Part shown: one piece after another, positions 53,142 to 62,760 of the stretch
How positions within the stretch are numbered: position 1 is the first letter of the stretch
How the letters are laid out: every line of letters starts with the position of its first letter
Source: a virus
Taxonomy: Duplodnaviria > Caudoviricetes
Direction: 5' to 3' (one strand)
IMG/VR virus record: IMGVR_UViG_3300033075_000545
Coordinates: 65,974 to 129,973 of that record
Length of the DNA: 64,000 nucleotides
Made by a program: the position numbers and the translations under genes
Notes under the pieces: generated by a model
What the model was told of the DNA's origin: nothing
What the model saw: the letters and a program-made list of their open reading frames with translations, nothing else
Databases searched by the model: none

Positions 53142-53993
53142 ATGTCTGAGAAAAACCACGACCTTCTGGTCTTCGACCTGCTTGCTAACATTCGTCGCGC
53201 CGCGATGCAGGAGACAAACCGGAAGGAAGCGTTCACTCCCGCCCCCGCGGTGGCACAAGCAATCATGGAGCAGGCCCAGGGTGCCGGCGGTGCCCCTCCT
53301 GGCGGACCGGGGGGTGACCCCTCGGCACAGGGGGGAATGCCTCCGGGTGCGCCTCCTGGGCCTGCTCCTGGTCCTATGTCTGGCGGCGATCCTGCTGCGG
53401 CAGGTCCGGCTCCGGGTATGGATCCGAATGCACCTCCTGGTGGTGCGGCACCAGCTCCGCAGTTGGATCCGGCGATCGTGCAGATGATTACTCAGCAGGT
53501 GCAACAGGCCATGCAACAGACGCAAGGCCAGCCGGGTGCTCCGGGTGCGCCAACGCCTGGCGGTGGCGGTAAGGGTGGCAAGATTGACCCTGCAGCGTTT
53601 GCGGAAGTCCAGCACCACGTGAAGGTACAGAGCGCGGTTATGCGTCAGTTGGCAGATGCTCTGGGTATTCAAGTACCGGCTTCTGCTCTGTTTGATGCCG
53701 GTCCTTCGGCGAATGCTCCGGCCGCGCCAACACAAACGCCTCCTGGTGCACCTCCGCAACCGGGGGCTCCTGCAACACCGGCTCCGGGTGGGGATCCAAA
53801 CGCTCAACCGTCGCAGATTGCCCAACAACTCCCATCGTTGCCGCCGGTAGCCGCGAAAGCTGCGGTTAGCAAAGTAGCCTCATTGGCTGACCTCGAGAAG
53901 ATCCGTGCCGGACATCCGGTTCCTGCTGAGGTAGGCGATTTGAAGCCTGTGAAGGGTGTTGCAGGGCTTCTGTCTAAGTTGAAGAAAGGCTGA
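53142..53993 (+). CDS. Pro/Gly/Ala/Gln-rich putative virion protein
   Basis: Low complexity; KEA, KAA, KVA motifs. Confidence 0.6.
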   Translation: MSEKNHDLLVFDLLANIRRAAMQETNRKEAFTPAPAVAQAIMEQAQGAGGAPPGGPGGDPSAQGGMPPGAPPGPAPGPMSGGDPAAAGPAPGMDPNAPPGGAAPAPQLDPAIVQMITQQVQQAMQQTQGQPGAPGAPTPGGGGKGGKIDPAAFAEVQHHVKVQSAVMRQLADALGIQVPASALFDAGPSANAPAAPTQTPPGAPPQPGAPATPAPGGDPNAQPSQIAQQLPSLPPVAAKAAVSKVASLADLEKIRAGHPVPAEVGDLKPVKGVAGLLSKLKKG

Positions 53994-53995
53994 AC

Positions 53996-54229
53996 ATGCT
54001 AACTGTAGAAGCCTTTGAAACGTCCGGGAAGAACCCCCGGACGTTCTCCGCTAGTCGGGTCTTGATTCGGGATGGTGTGGGTAACCCGGTGTGTGTTGTA
54101 GTGGTGTACGTAGATGGCGAGCGACCTGTAACACTTGTGGCGCATCTTGGGGATGACGACTTCGACACGATTCTCCAAACGTTCGGAACACCCAATACGG
54201 TAGTTCTGAATCACATTCACACTGACTAA
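53996..54229 (+). CDS. Hypothetical protein
   Basis: Contiguous ORF. Confidence 0.55.
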   Translation: MLTVEAFETSGKNPRTFSASRVLIRDGVGNPVCVVVVYVDGERPVTLVAHLGDDDFDTILQTFGTPNTVVLNHIHTD

Positions 54230-54240
54230 TACGGACGATC

Positions 54241-57200
54241 ATGCGGGAAGCGACTCTCGGACGCTTGTTGTTGGAAGATGCGGTCCCGCCCGCTCTCCAC
54301 GGACATCTTTCGAATCTCAACGCGAAGAATATCCGCGTTCTATTCCAAAGACTCGCTGACGAGCATCCAGATAAATACAAGGATATCTCCCACCGACTTT
54401 CGCAGATCGCGTCCAAGGGCGGGTACGAGTCAGGTGGGTACTCGTTTGGACCGCAGCACCTCCAGGCCGATCCTGAAACGGAACAAATCCGACAGCAATT
54501 CCGTCAGGAAGTAACGAAAGCTCTCAACGACAATAGCCTCTCGCCGAAGATGCGAGAGGCTACCCTCGTTCGTATTGCTGCGGAGTATTCGAACACCCTC
54601 CAGGACTCTGTTGTTCGGAATGGTCTGGCGCATAAGAACCCTATTGCTCTTCAAGTTGAGAGTGGAGCCAAGGGCAAGGCCGAGAATCTCAAGGCGCTTA
54701 TTGCCGGCGATACGTTGTATACAGACAGTTACTACAACCCCGTCCCATATCCCGTGGTGCACTCGTTCGCGGAAGGACTACGTCCTCACGAATTTGTCGC
54801 AGGCAGCTACGGTGCCCGGTTGGCTATGATTTTGACGAAGTTAGGTACTGCCAAGGGCGGATGGTTGTGTTTGGATGCAGCCACCGAGGTTCGAATGGCG
54901 GATGGATCCGTCAAAGCGATCAAGGACGTTCGACAAGGGGACCGTGTTTGCGGCGTGTCCCGCGCCGGCGATGTGCGGCCGGTTACTGTCCTTGCCCACA
55001 TTGCAACGGGGAACAAAGAGGTCTTTCGGTACCGATTTCGCCCCGGACGATCTCGGACCGAGTTAATCCACGTCGACGCCACCCGAGACCACAAGGTGCT
55101 TTTGAAACACAAGACTTATTTGCGAGTTAACACGGAAACAGGTGCTGAACAGCAGATCCAATCATCGGTGGATATTCGACCGCTGAGTTACTTAGACTAC
55201 CGACCGGGAAATCATCATTACAGTTTGACTGCGACAAACACGTTCGACGATTCTGGTTTTCAACACGAGCCTCGCGCGTTGTTGATGGGCTTGTTGCTGG
55301 GTGACGGGTGTTTGACGTACCCTACAAAAATAACTTGGGCGTGCGCGGAGGCGGACTACGTTGAGGAAAGGCGACAATACCTGCAGCAATTTGGGTTACG
55401 CGCTGATTTACACCAGGGTCCAGGTACGCGTATTGAGTACACGCTCAATAGCACAGATAATTCGGCCAAACGTCACTCACGAGACTCCGTCAAGTTTCGC
55501 GAGTGGCTCGACACGTTCGGGTTACTTGGACATAAAGCGAAGACGAAATTTATCCCTAAAGAAGTGTGGCGGTGGGACAACGCATCTTTGGCTCAATTGA
55601 TTACAGGACTTTTTGTTACTGACGGCTCGTTCTCGATCTCCAAGCAAACATCGAGACCTGTTGTTAAATTTGCCGTAACGTCGCAAGCGATGGTTGCGAC
55701 TCTTCGTGAACTGTTGGCTGTAAGATTCGGTATTCATTCAAGTCCAAGCTGGGCAATGAGTGAGGAATCCCTGGAGCGATTTAACGCGACTTCGAAATCG
55801 CGCGGTGAGCGTTTGGGTGCGTGTCCTAAACTTTCTGGGCGGACACATGTGATTCATCGAAATCCGCTTCACGCTATTATCATCAGCAACCGCGAACACC
55901 TACGACGGTTTGCTGAACTGGTAAAAGACTCCAAACACCCTCGCGCTGTTAAATACGCGACCGCGGTTGCGTCGATGACAGACTCCAATGACGATTTGGA
56001 GTACGGTTACACGTACGTGGATGTTGAACCGTTAGGTATTCGAGAGACGTTTGATATCGAGGTAGATCACCCCGATCACCTTTTCTTGTTGGCGAACGGG
56101 GCAGTCGTATCGAACTCGAAACGTTTGAATGGACTTGCTCACCGCTTGGTTGTGACTGCTCCTGACGCTAAAGAACACGACGCTTCAATTGTTCGAGGAT
56201 TTGAAACGTCCGTGGATGATCCGGACAACGATGGCGCTTTGCTGGCCCATCCGGTGGGCGGGTATCCACGAAATACGGTGCTTGATCGTCACGTGATCGG
56301 TGATCTGAAGAAGCAGGGGATCCAAGACATTTTGATTCGGAGCCCTCTCGTCGGAGGACCAATCAACGGGGGTGTTTACGGGCGCGATGTAGGGATCCGT
56401 GAAAGGGGTAAGGTTGCGCCAGTTGGTGATTTTGTGGGCTTGGCTGCTGCTCAAGCAGCATGTTTGGCGGAAGGGACGATGGTGGCAATGGCGGACGGGA
56501 CATCAAAAGCAATCGAGAGTGTCATACCCGGTGATATGATTTTAGGTGCATCGCGAACGGGCGAGGTGCGTCCTGTGCGTGTGTTAAATAGGTTCGATAA
56601 CGGACCAAAGGAAGTCTACGAAACCGTATTTCGGAACGGTACAGGAAGATCGAAAGCCGAAAACATGCTTAAGTTACGCTCGACTTTGGATCATAAAATT
56701 TTAAGTGTGCTGGTGAAGCGGTCGAATATGACACAAGGGAATCGCCGTCCTGCGGCTGAGGTGCAACCTGTCCGCCGACCCGAAGGGTATAGTAGGTTCT
56801 ATGCGAAACTGCCGACTGGCTTTGATGACACAGGGACTGAGGATGAGCCGTACGCATTGGCTCTGGGGTTATTAATCGGCGACGGTTGTTATACAGGGGG
56901 CGTAACTTCCAACGGAATCGCTTTTTCGTGTCATGACCGCAAACTCATCATGGACGTTGAAACGTACCTTCGCGACATCTGCGGATGTTATTTGTGTCCG
57001 CAATCGACTGTTGGAGAGTATCGCGTCTCCAGTGTGCACGGTGCGGCCCCAGTAAATGGCGGACGGGTGACGGACGTACGTAACCCGATGCGTAAAAAGC
57101 TATTGGACTATGCGCTTTGGGGGCAACGGTCGCATACTAAAACGCTGCCGAATACCGCTAAATGGAGCAATAAATCCGTCGCCGCGCTGATCTCCGGATT

Positions 57201-58968
57201 AATCGCTACAGATGGTTATGTGTCGTTCGATCCAAATCGAGGTGCGGTTGTAGGATTTGGTTCTACGTCAGAATCGCTCGTACGCGAGCTACGTCGGTTA
57301 CTTGCAGTGCGTTTTGGTATTTATGCATCGGGTGTGTCTGCTAACTACAAGAAAAGGAAAGATGGGGCGACGTATCGTCCAATATTTAACATGGCGGTTG
57401 GCGGGTATGTCAATGTGATGCGGTTACATCAGATTTTGAATATCCCTGGTGTAAAACAAGAGCGCCTCCGGAAAGCTTGCGAATCATGGGAAATAACCAA
57501 CAAGGCATCTGAATCGGGACGTTGTTCATTCGTGTCCCAAACTTATTTGGGAAAGATTTCCACTTACGATTTAGAAGTGGATCATCCGGATCATCTATTT
57601 GTTCTCGAGAATATGTTAGTGGTACACAATTCGGAACCGCTGACGCAGATGCTCATCTGTCTACGTGAAGGGACTGAGGTCAGGATGGCGGATGGTACCG
57701 TTAAGCGGATTGAGTATATTCAGCCTGGCGAGCTTGTGATGGGTTCAGACATCAATGGGTATACGTCACCGGTTAAGGTTCTCAACCGATTAGATCAAGG
57801 TACTCAGAAGGTTTACCGCACTGCTTATGCTGTGGGGAGCGATCTCTTACACGTAGATGCGACGTTGGATCATAAGATCCTGTCGCAGGTTCTCACATCC
57901 CGCGTCGATTTTGTGAATCAGGTACAACCCGTGCGGGACCAATGGGACGTTGTGATTGTCCGCGATAGGGACGTCGTATCTGCGGAGTATGCAGGTCAAT
58001 CGTTCCTCGGAGCCTATCGGACATACGATCTCAGTGTCGACAGCGAGTCACACCTTTTCGTCCTTGCCAACGGAATGGTCGTGTCGAACTCCAGCAAACA
58101 CTCCGGGGGTGTGGCCGGTGCGACTGGTGGACAACAGGGCTTTCCCGTAATCGATAGAATGTTTTCCATCCCGAGTGAGTTTCCGGGTGGTGCGACTCAC
58201 GCGCAAAAGGACGGTGTGGTAGGGAGCATTACTGCAGCACCGCAAGGCGGGTTCTACATCGACGTTGGCGATGAGCGGCATTACACTCCTCCAGATCAGA
58301 AGATTACGGTCAAGCCTGGGGATTCAATTGAGGCCGGAGACTCACTTACTGATGGTCTGTTGAATCCTGCGGAGTACGTACCTACCAAAGGTATTGGGGA
58401 GGGTCGGCGACTGTTTGTTAAGTCGTTCATGGACGTCGCTCGGAAATCAAACTTTATCCCCAACCGGCGGAACATTGAGCTTTTAGCGCGTGGGTATATC
58501 GACACAGTGAAGTTTGATCAAGAACACGGCCACTACGCGCCAGGGGATACAGCGTCATATACGACGTTGGAGAACCAGTATGAGCCTCGTGACGGACACG
58601 AGACTCACGCTCCGGAGAAAGCCGTGGGTCGGTATCTGGAGCGTCCTATTCTGCATTACACGGTCGGTACAAGGGTTACTAAGGCGATGCTTCCGACATT
58701 GCAGAAATGGGGCGTCGGAGCTGTAACGACGCATGCAGAATCTCCACCGTTTTCACCAGTTATGGTTCGTAGTCAGGACATCCTTGCTAACGATTCGGAT
58801 TGGATGACACGGATGCTGGGTTCGGGATTGGAGAAGAGTCTTTTGAAGGGGGTCCACCGCGGAGCAGTCTCGGATCCTAGTGGAACCTCGTACGTTCCGG
58901 CTCTAGCCGAGGGTACGAATTTTGGTTCGAAGGGTTTGACTGTTGGTTGGAAACCCGAGAAGGGGTAA
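54241..58968 (+). CDS. RNA polymerase beta' C-terminal part, with 3 inteins
   Basis: TLGRLLL, SGAKG, SFAEGL, GAR, bridge helix TAKGGWL|SKRL, trigger loop VGLAAAQAA|SEPLTQMLI|SSKHSGG, QGFP, RRNIELLAR. Confidence 0.93.
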   Translation: MREATLGRLLLEDAVPPALHGHLSNLNAKNIRVLFQRLADEHPDKYKDISHRLSQIASKGGYESGGYSFGPQHLQADPETEQIRQQFRQEVTKALNDNSLSPKMREATLVRIAAEYSNTLQDSVVRNGLAHKNPIALQVESGAKGKAENLKALIAGDTLYTDSYYNPVPYPVVHSFAEGLRPHEFVAGSYGARLAMILTKLGTAKGGWLCLDAATEVRMADGSVKAIKDVRQGDRVCGVSRAGDVRPVTVLAHIATGNKEVFRYRFRPGRSRTELIHVDATRDHKVLLKHKTYLRVNTETGAEQQIQSSVDIRPLSYLDYRPGNHHYSLTATNTFDDSGFQHEPRALLMGLLLGDGCLTYPTKITWACAEADYVEERRQYLQQFGLRADLHQGPGTRIEYTLNSTDNSAKRHSRDSVKFREWLDTFGLLGHKAKTKFIPKEVWRWDNASLAQLITGLFVTDGSFSISKQTSRPVVKFAVTSQAMVATLRELLAVRFGIHSSPSWAMSEESLERFNATSKSRGERLGACPKLSGRTHVIHRNPLHAIIISNREHLRRFAELVKDSKHPRAVKYATAVASMTDSNDDLEYGYTYVDVEPLGIRETFDIEVDHPDHLFLLANGAVVSNSKRLNGLAHRLVVTAPDAKEHDASIVRGFETSVDDPDNDGALLAHPVGGYPRNTVLDRHVIGDLKKQGIQDILIRSPLVGGPINGGVYGRDVGIRERGKVAPVGDFVGLAAAQAACLAEGTMVAMADGTSKAIESVIPGDMILGASRTGEVRPVRVLNRFDNGPKEVYETVFRNGTGRSKAENMLKLRSTLDHKILSVLVKRSNMTQGNRRPAAEVQPVRRPEGYSRFYAKLPTGFDDTGTEDEPYALALGLLIGDGCYTGGVTSNGIAFSCHDRKLIMDVETYLRDICGCYLCPQSTVGEYRVSSVHGAAPVNGGRVTDVRNPMRKKLLDYALWGQRSHTKTLPNTAKWSNKSVAALISGLIATDGYVSFDPNRGAVVGFGSTSESLVRELRRLLAVRFGIYASGVSANYKKRKDGATYRPIFNMAVGGYVNVMRLHQILNIPGVKQERLRKACESWEITNKASESGRCSFVSQTYLGKISTYDLEVDHPDHLFVLENMLVVHNSEPLTQMLICLREGTEVRMADGTVKRIEYIQPGELVMGSDINGYTSPVKVLNRLDQGTQKVYRTAYAVGSDLLHVDATLDHKILSQVLTSRVDFVNQVQPVRDQWDVVIVRDRDVVSAEYAGQSFLGAYRTYDLSVDSESHLFVLANGMVVSNSSKHSGGVAGATGGQQGFPVIDRMFSIPSEFPGGATHAQKDGVVGSITAAPQGGFYIDVGDERHYTPPDQKITVKPGDSIEAGDSLTDGLLNPAEYVPTKGIGEGRRLFVKSFMDVARKSNFIPNRRNIELLARGYIDTVKFDQEHGHYAPGDTASYTTLENQYEPRDGHETHAPEKAVGRYLERPILHYTVGTRVTKAMLPTLQKWGVGAVTTHAESPPFSPVMVRSQDILANDSDWMTRMLGSGLEKSLLKGVHRGAVSDPSGTSYVPALAEGTNFGSKGLTVGWKPEKG
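54868..56115 (+). mobile_element. beta'C intein A (416 aa, LAGLIDADG) in the bridge helix
   Basis: CLDAATEV..ATRDH..GLLLGDG..GLFVTDG..TFDIEV..VVSN|S. Confidence 0.93.
56461..57630 (+). mobile_element. beta'C intein B (390 aa, LAGLIDADG)
   Basis: CLAEGTMV..STLDH..GLLIGDG..GLIATDG..TYDLEV..VVHN|S. Confidence 0.93.
57658..58089 (+). mobile_element. beta'C mini-intein C (144 aa)
   Basis: CLREGTEV..ATLDH..TYDLSV..VVSN|S. Confidence 0.93.
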
Positions 58969-58999
58969 ACTCGAACTGTATTTCTGTAATAATTATTTG
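58966..58999 (+). promoter_or_regulatory. Conserved promoter-like motif, copy 7
   Basis: TAAA-N16-GTAA-TA-ATT-AT-TTG. Confidence 0.5.
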
Positions 59000-59042
59000 C
59001 AGTCGCGAGTATGTCGCGATCATTTAGCCATCAGGTACGTCA

Positions 59043-59702
59043 ATGGCCCAACAACCTGCTTCCATGACGGCGCCTGCGGCACCCGCGCCCGACATTACGT
59101 CGCCGGCTCCGCAACCTGTTGGGACTAACGCACCCAAATCCAACCCGTTTCGTACAAGTGCAAGTGGTGTTCTCGAGCCGCCGTACACTCCGGCGCCTCC
59201 AAGTCCCGCACCGGATCCGACGCTTTCGATGGGTCCGTTGAGTAAGTACGCCCCAGCAGCGGGATCTTTGGGAACCACCGCGGACCCCGCGGCTTCAACG
59301 CGGGCACAGGCTCAGAAAATCGCTCCGTCGAATAATTGGTTATCGTCTGGACTGTCCGCTATCACCAACCCTGGAAAGGCGTTCGGAGACGCAGTAGGAT
59401 CTGCACAGAAGTCCGTGGAAGCGGCGAGTGCAACACCTCCACTGAGTAAGTTCACGGGGAATCTGGGCTCGTTCAAGGGTGTCGCCGACTCGTTTCTTGG
59501 GGCTGCAAAGGGGTTCCTGGAGAACCATCCCGAACGGACAGCTATGATTGGTGGGACGCTTGCTCCGTCACTGGTCGAGGGCTTGGGGCCACTGAGTCTT
59601 CCTGCAATGCTTGGGGCGCATGGCTTGATGGCGGGAGGAGAGTCAGGATTGATGGCGAAGCATTACTTCGACCCGCTTCTGTCTAAGCTCGGACTGTCGT
59701 AG
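59043..59702 (+). CDS. Pro/Ala-rich putative virion protein
   Basis: Composition and hydrophobic C-terminus. Confidence 0.55.
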   Translation: MAQQPASMTAPAAPAPDITSPAPQPVGTNAPKSNPFRTSASGVLEPPYTPAPPSPAPDPTLSMGPLSKYAPAAGSLGTTADPAASTRAQAQKIAPSNNWLSSGLSAITNPGKAFGDAVGSAQKSVEAASATPPLSKFTGNLGSFKGVADSFLGAAKGFLENHPERTAMIGGTLAPSLVEGLGPLSLPAMLGAHGLMAGGESGLMAKHYFDPLLSKLGLS

Positions 59703-59723
59703 ATGCCGAAGTGAGTTTCAGAT

Positions 59724-60173
59724 ATGGCAGCGGACCGCGTATATCACATCGGGACCGTGAGTGCTGGACACGCGAAGTGTTCGGAACTCCAACGGTCCCC
59801 AAGTGTTTTGAACCACAACGTCACGATGACGTTTTCTTTAACGTGTGAGAAGCGGGCCGGCGACTTACTTCGGATACTGACTACCAGTCCACAGTACAAC
59901 CAGGCGGTGAGGTTTGCGATTGAGGCTGGGTTTGCACACCGTTCTGCAAACTGCGGTCAGCTCCAGGTGGCTGCTTTGTGTAAGCCAAGCGATCTTTGGG
60001 CTACTGTGGTTTACACACGTGACTATCCGATGATTTTTTCGGGTGGGTCTTTGGATGTTGTTAAAAGGGTTGCAGACTTGTGGAAGGAAGGAAAGGCCCA
60101 TAACGCGACGTTTCTCCCCCCTGAAACCATCTTTGCACGCACGGAAGTTTCCTCGTTTGCCGTACTCATCTGA
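59724..60173 (+). CDS. Hypothetical protein
   Basis: 149-aa ORF. Confidence 0.5.
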   Translation: MAADRVYHIGTVSAGHAKCSELQRSPSVLNHNVTMTFSLTCEKRAGDLLRILTTSPQYNQAVRFAIEAGFAHRSANCGQLQVAALCKPSDLWATVVYTRDYPMIFSGGSLDVVKRVADLWKEGKAHNATFLPPETIFARTEVSSFAVLI

Positions 60174-60234
60174 AATCAAACTGGCTTCCGTGTACATTAC
60201 ACAGTAAATTGAGCTGATCATTCGAGGGACAACC

Positions 60235-62634
60235 ATGACCGTTGAGATGCGAAAGGAAGCCGTTGGCGACATTCAATCCTTTGAATCGTCGCTTGCCGCC
60301 ATCGGCCGAACGGTTATGGCGAGCAAGTGCCCGTCGCTGTTCAAGCACGAGATTGGGTTTCAGGTGTTGGACTCCGACGAGGATAACACCCGTGCCGTTG
60401 GTGTGTTTGGGTTCCGCGTCGGTAAACGGATCCTGTACGCCCCTCTTTTTTATCGTGAGGGGCAAGTTAAGGGTACGGAGCAGCTCCGGGATCCCAAGCG
60501 TGATCTGACGGTGCCGCTGACGGATAACTGGGTCAATAAAATTCTGACGGATGTGGGTACCGACCACGGCACGCGGACTCCGCGGTACGCCAACAAAGAT
60601 ACCGCGCAGCCGTCTCTGTGGCAGATGCGGTTCCCGCCAAGTAAGTACGCCTCGGACGACCGCAATGAATTTAATGCGGCGGTTGCGGAGATGAAGTCTG
60701 CGTTGGCACATGCGATCGGTAAGCGTCCCAGCCTTCCGGGGACGGGCGTGGATCTAATTGAGACCGCCGCGCAATATCCGGCAATCATGCGGAAGGTGGC
60801 GTCCTTGATGCGGACGTACCCGTGGTTCAAGGAGGCGATTTTCAAGTACCACGGCGAGGAAAAGCTTAACAAGGCGATCGAACGTTACCGCAAGGTGGCT
60901 GCTACGCGCCCCAAACCTGTTGATTTGACGTTGTTGGCTCCGCGGAAATCGGCTGCGGCCAAGGTGACCGTTACGCACTACAAGTCCGTAAAGCTTACAA
61001 ACGGGCCGCTGTTGAACATCCTTGATTTCTTCCCTCAAGAGGCCAATGACCTCACAAATGGGAAGAACCTGTATACGGATAACCGTGGGGATGACGAGGT
61101 CTCGAAGATCACCATCTGGGTGGGTGGTCAGACCGGGCACGATCGGTCCGTATCCAATCCGAACGGCGATGGTGTTTACAAGGTGTTGTGCTCCGATTTG
61201 GAGCTCCACGACTGTCTCGTCATTTGTCCGCCTATTGGTTGGGGTACCAAGGACCCGGATAACCGCGGTCGATGCCTCGTTGTACGTCTTAAGGATGGTG
61301 CCTTTAAGATGACACACCACGGGTCCATTTGGACTCAAGGAGAGGCGGACCCGCACGAGTACAACGTATGGGTCAAGGGTCTCCCCGAGGTTAAGGACAA
61401 GATCACAGAGAACAAGTGGTACGTGGCACTCACCCAACCGTCCAAGTTCAAGGCGATGGGGACGTCTCCATTTTGCGTCCGTGACAACGTGACGGGCGAA
61501 GCCGTGACCTCGTATGCTTCGACCAAGTGCGACGCGCCGTTTTGGGATGAAGACCCGCATCCGATGCCGGAGTTAATTCTTACTCCGCGACGTATGAAGG
61601 AGTACACGCCAAAGCGGGTTCGGGTGTGGGATCGTCCAGGTGTCCCGTTCCGGTCGGGGACTATTCTGTACATCCCTAAGGGTACCCACCTGTTTGAGTT
61701 GGATTACGAGAAGCGTTTAGACCTCGCTGAGAAGTCTGATGTGGATGAGTTCCTCCTGCAGATTAAGGAGGCCGCTGCGCAGGACATGTTGTCCGTTGGA
61801 ACAGGCGGTAGCGGATACTACAAGGACGACTCTCGGGTCGAAAAGCGAAGTTGGTTTACGGATCCTATGGATCTCGAAATTGACCTCGTCATCAACCACG
61901 GATTGCGTGTACCGGAGGCGCGCCAACTATTGGACGCGGCTCGTACTAAGGGCGCCGCAACGGTTGCCATCAAGTACGCGAAGGGTCATTACCAAGGGAT
62001 GGACAACGACTGGCCCAACGCTCCGGTGTTGGACAACGACGCCAACGTGACTCCCGGCGGATTCGCTGACGACGTGATCCCTACGCAGACGAATAACAGT
62101 CTGGCAGTAGTGATTAACGATCTGCTGCAGCAACCCGGCACGACGGATCGTTACCGACCATGGCCGATCCAGGCGGGCTCTCGTGGTCCTATGGAGGGTA
62201 TCGGTAACGGTCCGGTTGGTGGCGGGTATAAGAACATCGAGGAAGACACAGAAGCAGGTCCTGGCGATAAGGACCTGAAGACTGTGGCTACTGGCGCCGC
62301 GACTGGTCGTCGGGAGATCTTCGACACCGCCGCGCTGGCTTCGTTGGTCAAGCACACCCGCCTTCAGCGTCTTCTGGATGAGGTACTACCGCGAGTTGCC
62401 AAGTCCGTGAGCGACCTTGCGGATTTGCTGGCTCACATGTACTGGAACGTGGACGAATGGGTTGAGCAGTTCGGCGAGTCCGAAATCGGACCGCTAGAGG
62501 ATCAGCTTAAGGACGTGTTTGAAGGTTTAGGGGATGTGTACTTGCAACTTCAAGAGAAGCAAGTCGTTGACCCACGTGACCATGGTATTCTGCCAGGTCA
62601 ATTTAAGAGCGATGGCGCTGACGCCAACTCGTAA
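60235..62634 (+). CDS. Large putative virion structural protein
   Basis: 799 aa; GAGGG SD; segments punctuated by KEA, KYA, KSA motifs. Confidence 0.6.
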   Translation: MTVEMRKEAVGDIQSFESSLAAIGRTVMASKCPSLFKHEIGFQVLDSDEDNTRAVGVFGFRVGKRILYAPLFYREGQVKGTEQLRDPKRDLTVPLTDNWVNKILTDVGTDHGTRTPRYANKDTAQPSLWQMRFPPSKYASDDRNEFNAAVAEMKSALAHAIGKRPSLPGTGVDLIETAAQYPAIMRKVASLMRTYPWFKEAIFKYHGEEKLNKAIERYRKVAATRPKPVDLTLLAPRKSAAAKVTVTHYKSVKLTNGPLLNILDFFPQEANDLTNGKNLYTDNRGDDEVSKITIWVGGQTGHDRSVSNPNGDGVYKVLCSDLELHDCLVICPPIGWGTKDPDNRGRCLVVRLKDGAFKMTHHGSIWTQGEADPHEYNVWVKGLPEVKDKITENKWYVALTQPSKFKAMGTSPFCVRDNVTGEAVTSYASTKCDAPFWDEDPHPMPELILTPRRMKEYTPKRVRVWDRPGVPFRSGTILYIPKGTHLFELDYEKRLDLAEKSDVDEFLLQIKEAAAQDMLSVGTGGSGYYKDDSRVEKRSWFTDPMDLEIDLVINHGLRVPEARQLLDAARTKGAATVAIKYAKGHYQGMDNDWPNAPVLDNDANVTPGGFADDVIPTQTNNSLAVVINDLLQQPGTTDRYRPWPIQAGSRGPMEGIGNGPVGGGYKNIEEDTEAGPGDKDLKTVATGAATGRREIFDTAALASLVKHTRLQRLLDEVLPRVAKSVSDLADLLAHMYWNVDEWVEQFGESEIGPLEDQLKDVFEGLGDVYLQLQEKQVVDPRDHGILPGQFKSDGADANS

Positions 62635-62760
62635 TACTGATCCTTTACCCTGGACGAGAAGTCTCTCCAGGGTTTCGGTGTTGTGATTGCTGTTATCTGT
62701 CGCGTGGCGGAGGGCGAGCTGCGCTAAAAACTGTTGATCGTCGCCCAGTTAGGTTGACCC

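Noticed and set aside
39474-58968. Cellular rpoBC locus (bacterial chromosome)
   Set aside because: No ribosomal-protein neighbours, an atypical split, high divergence, and a surrounding phage replication and structural gene set; gene symbols withheld.
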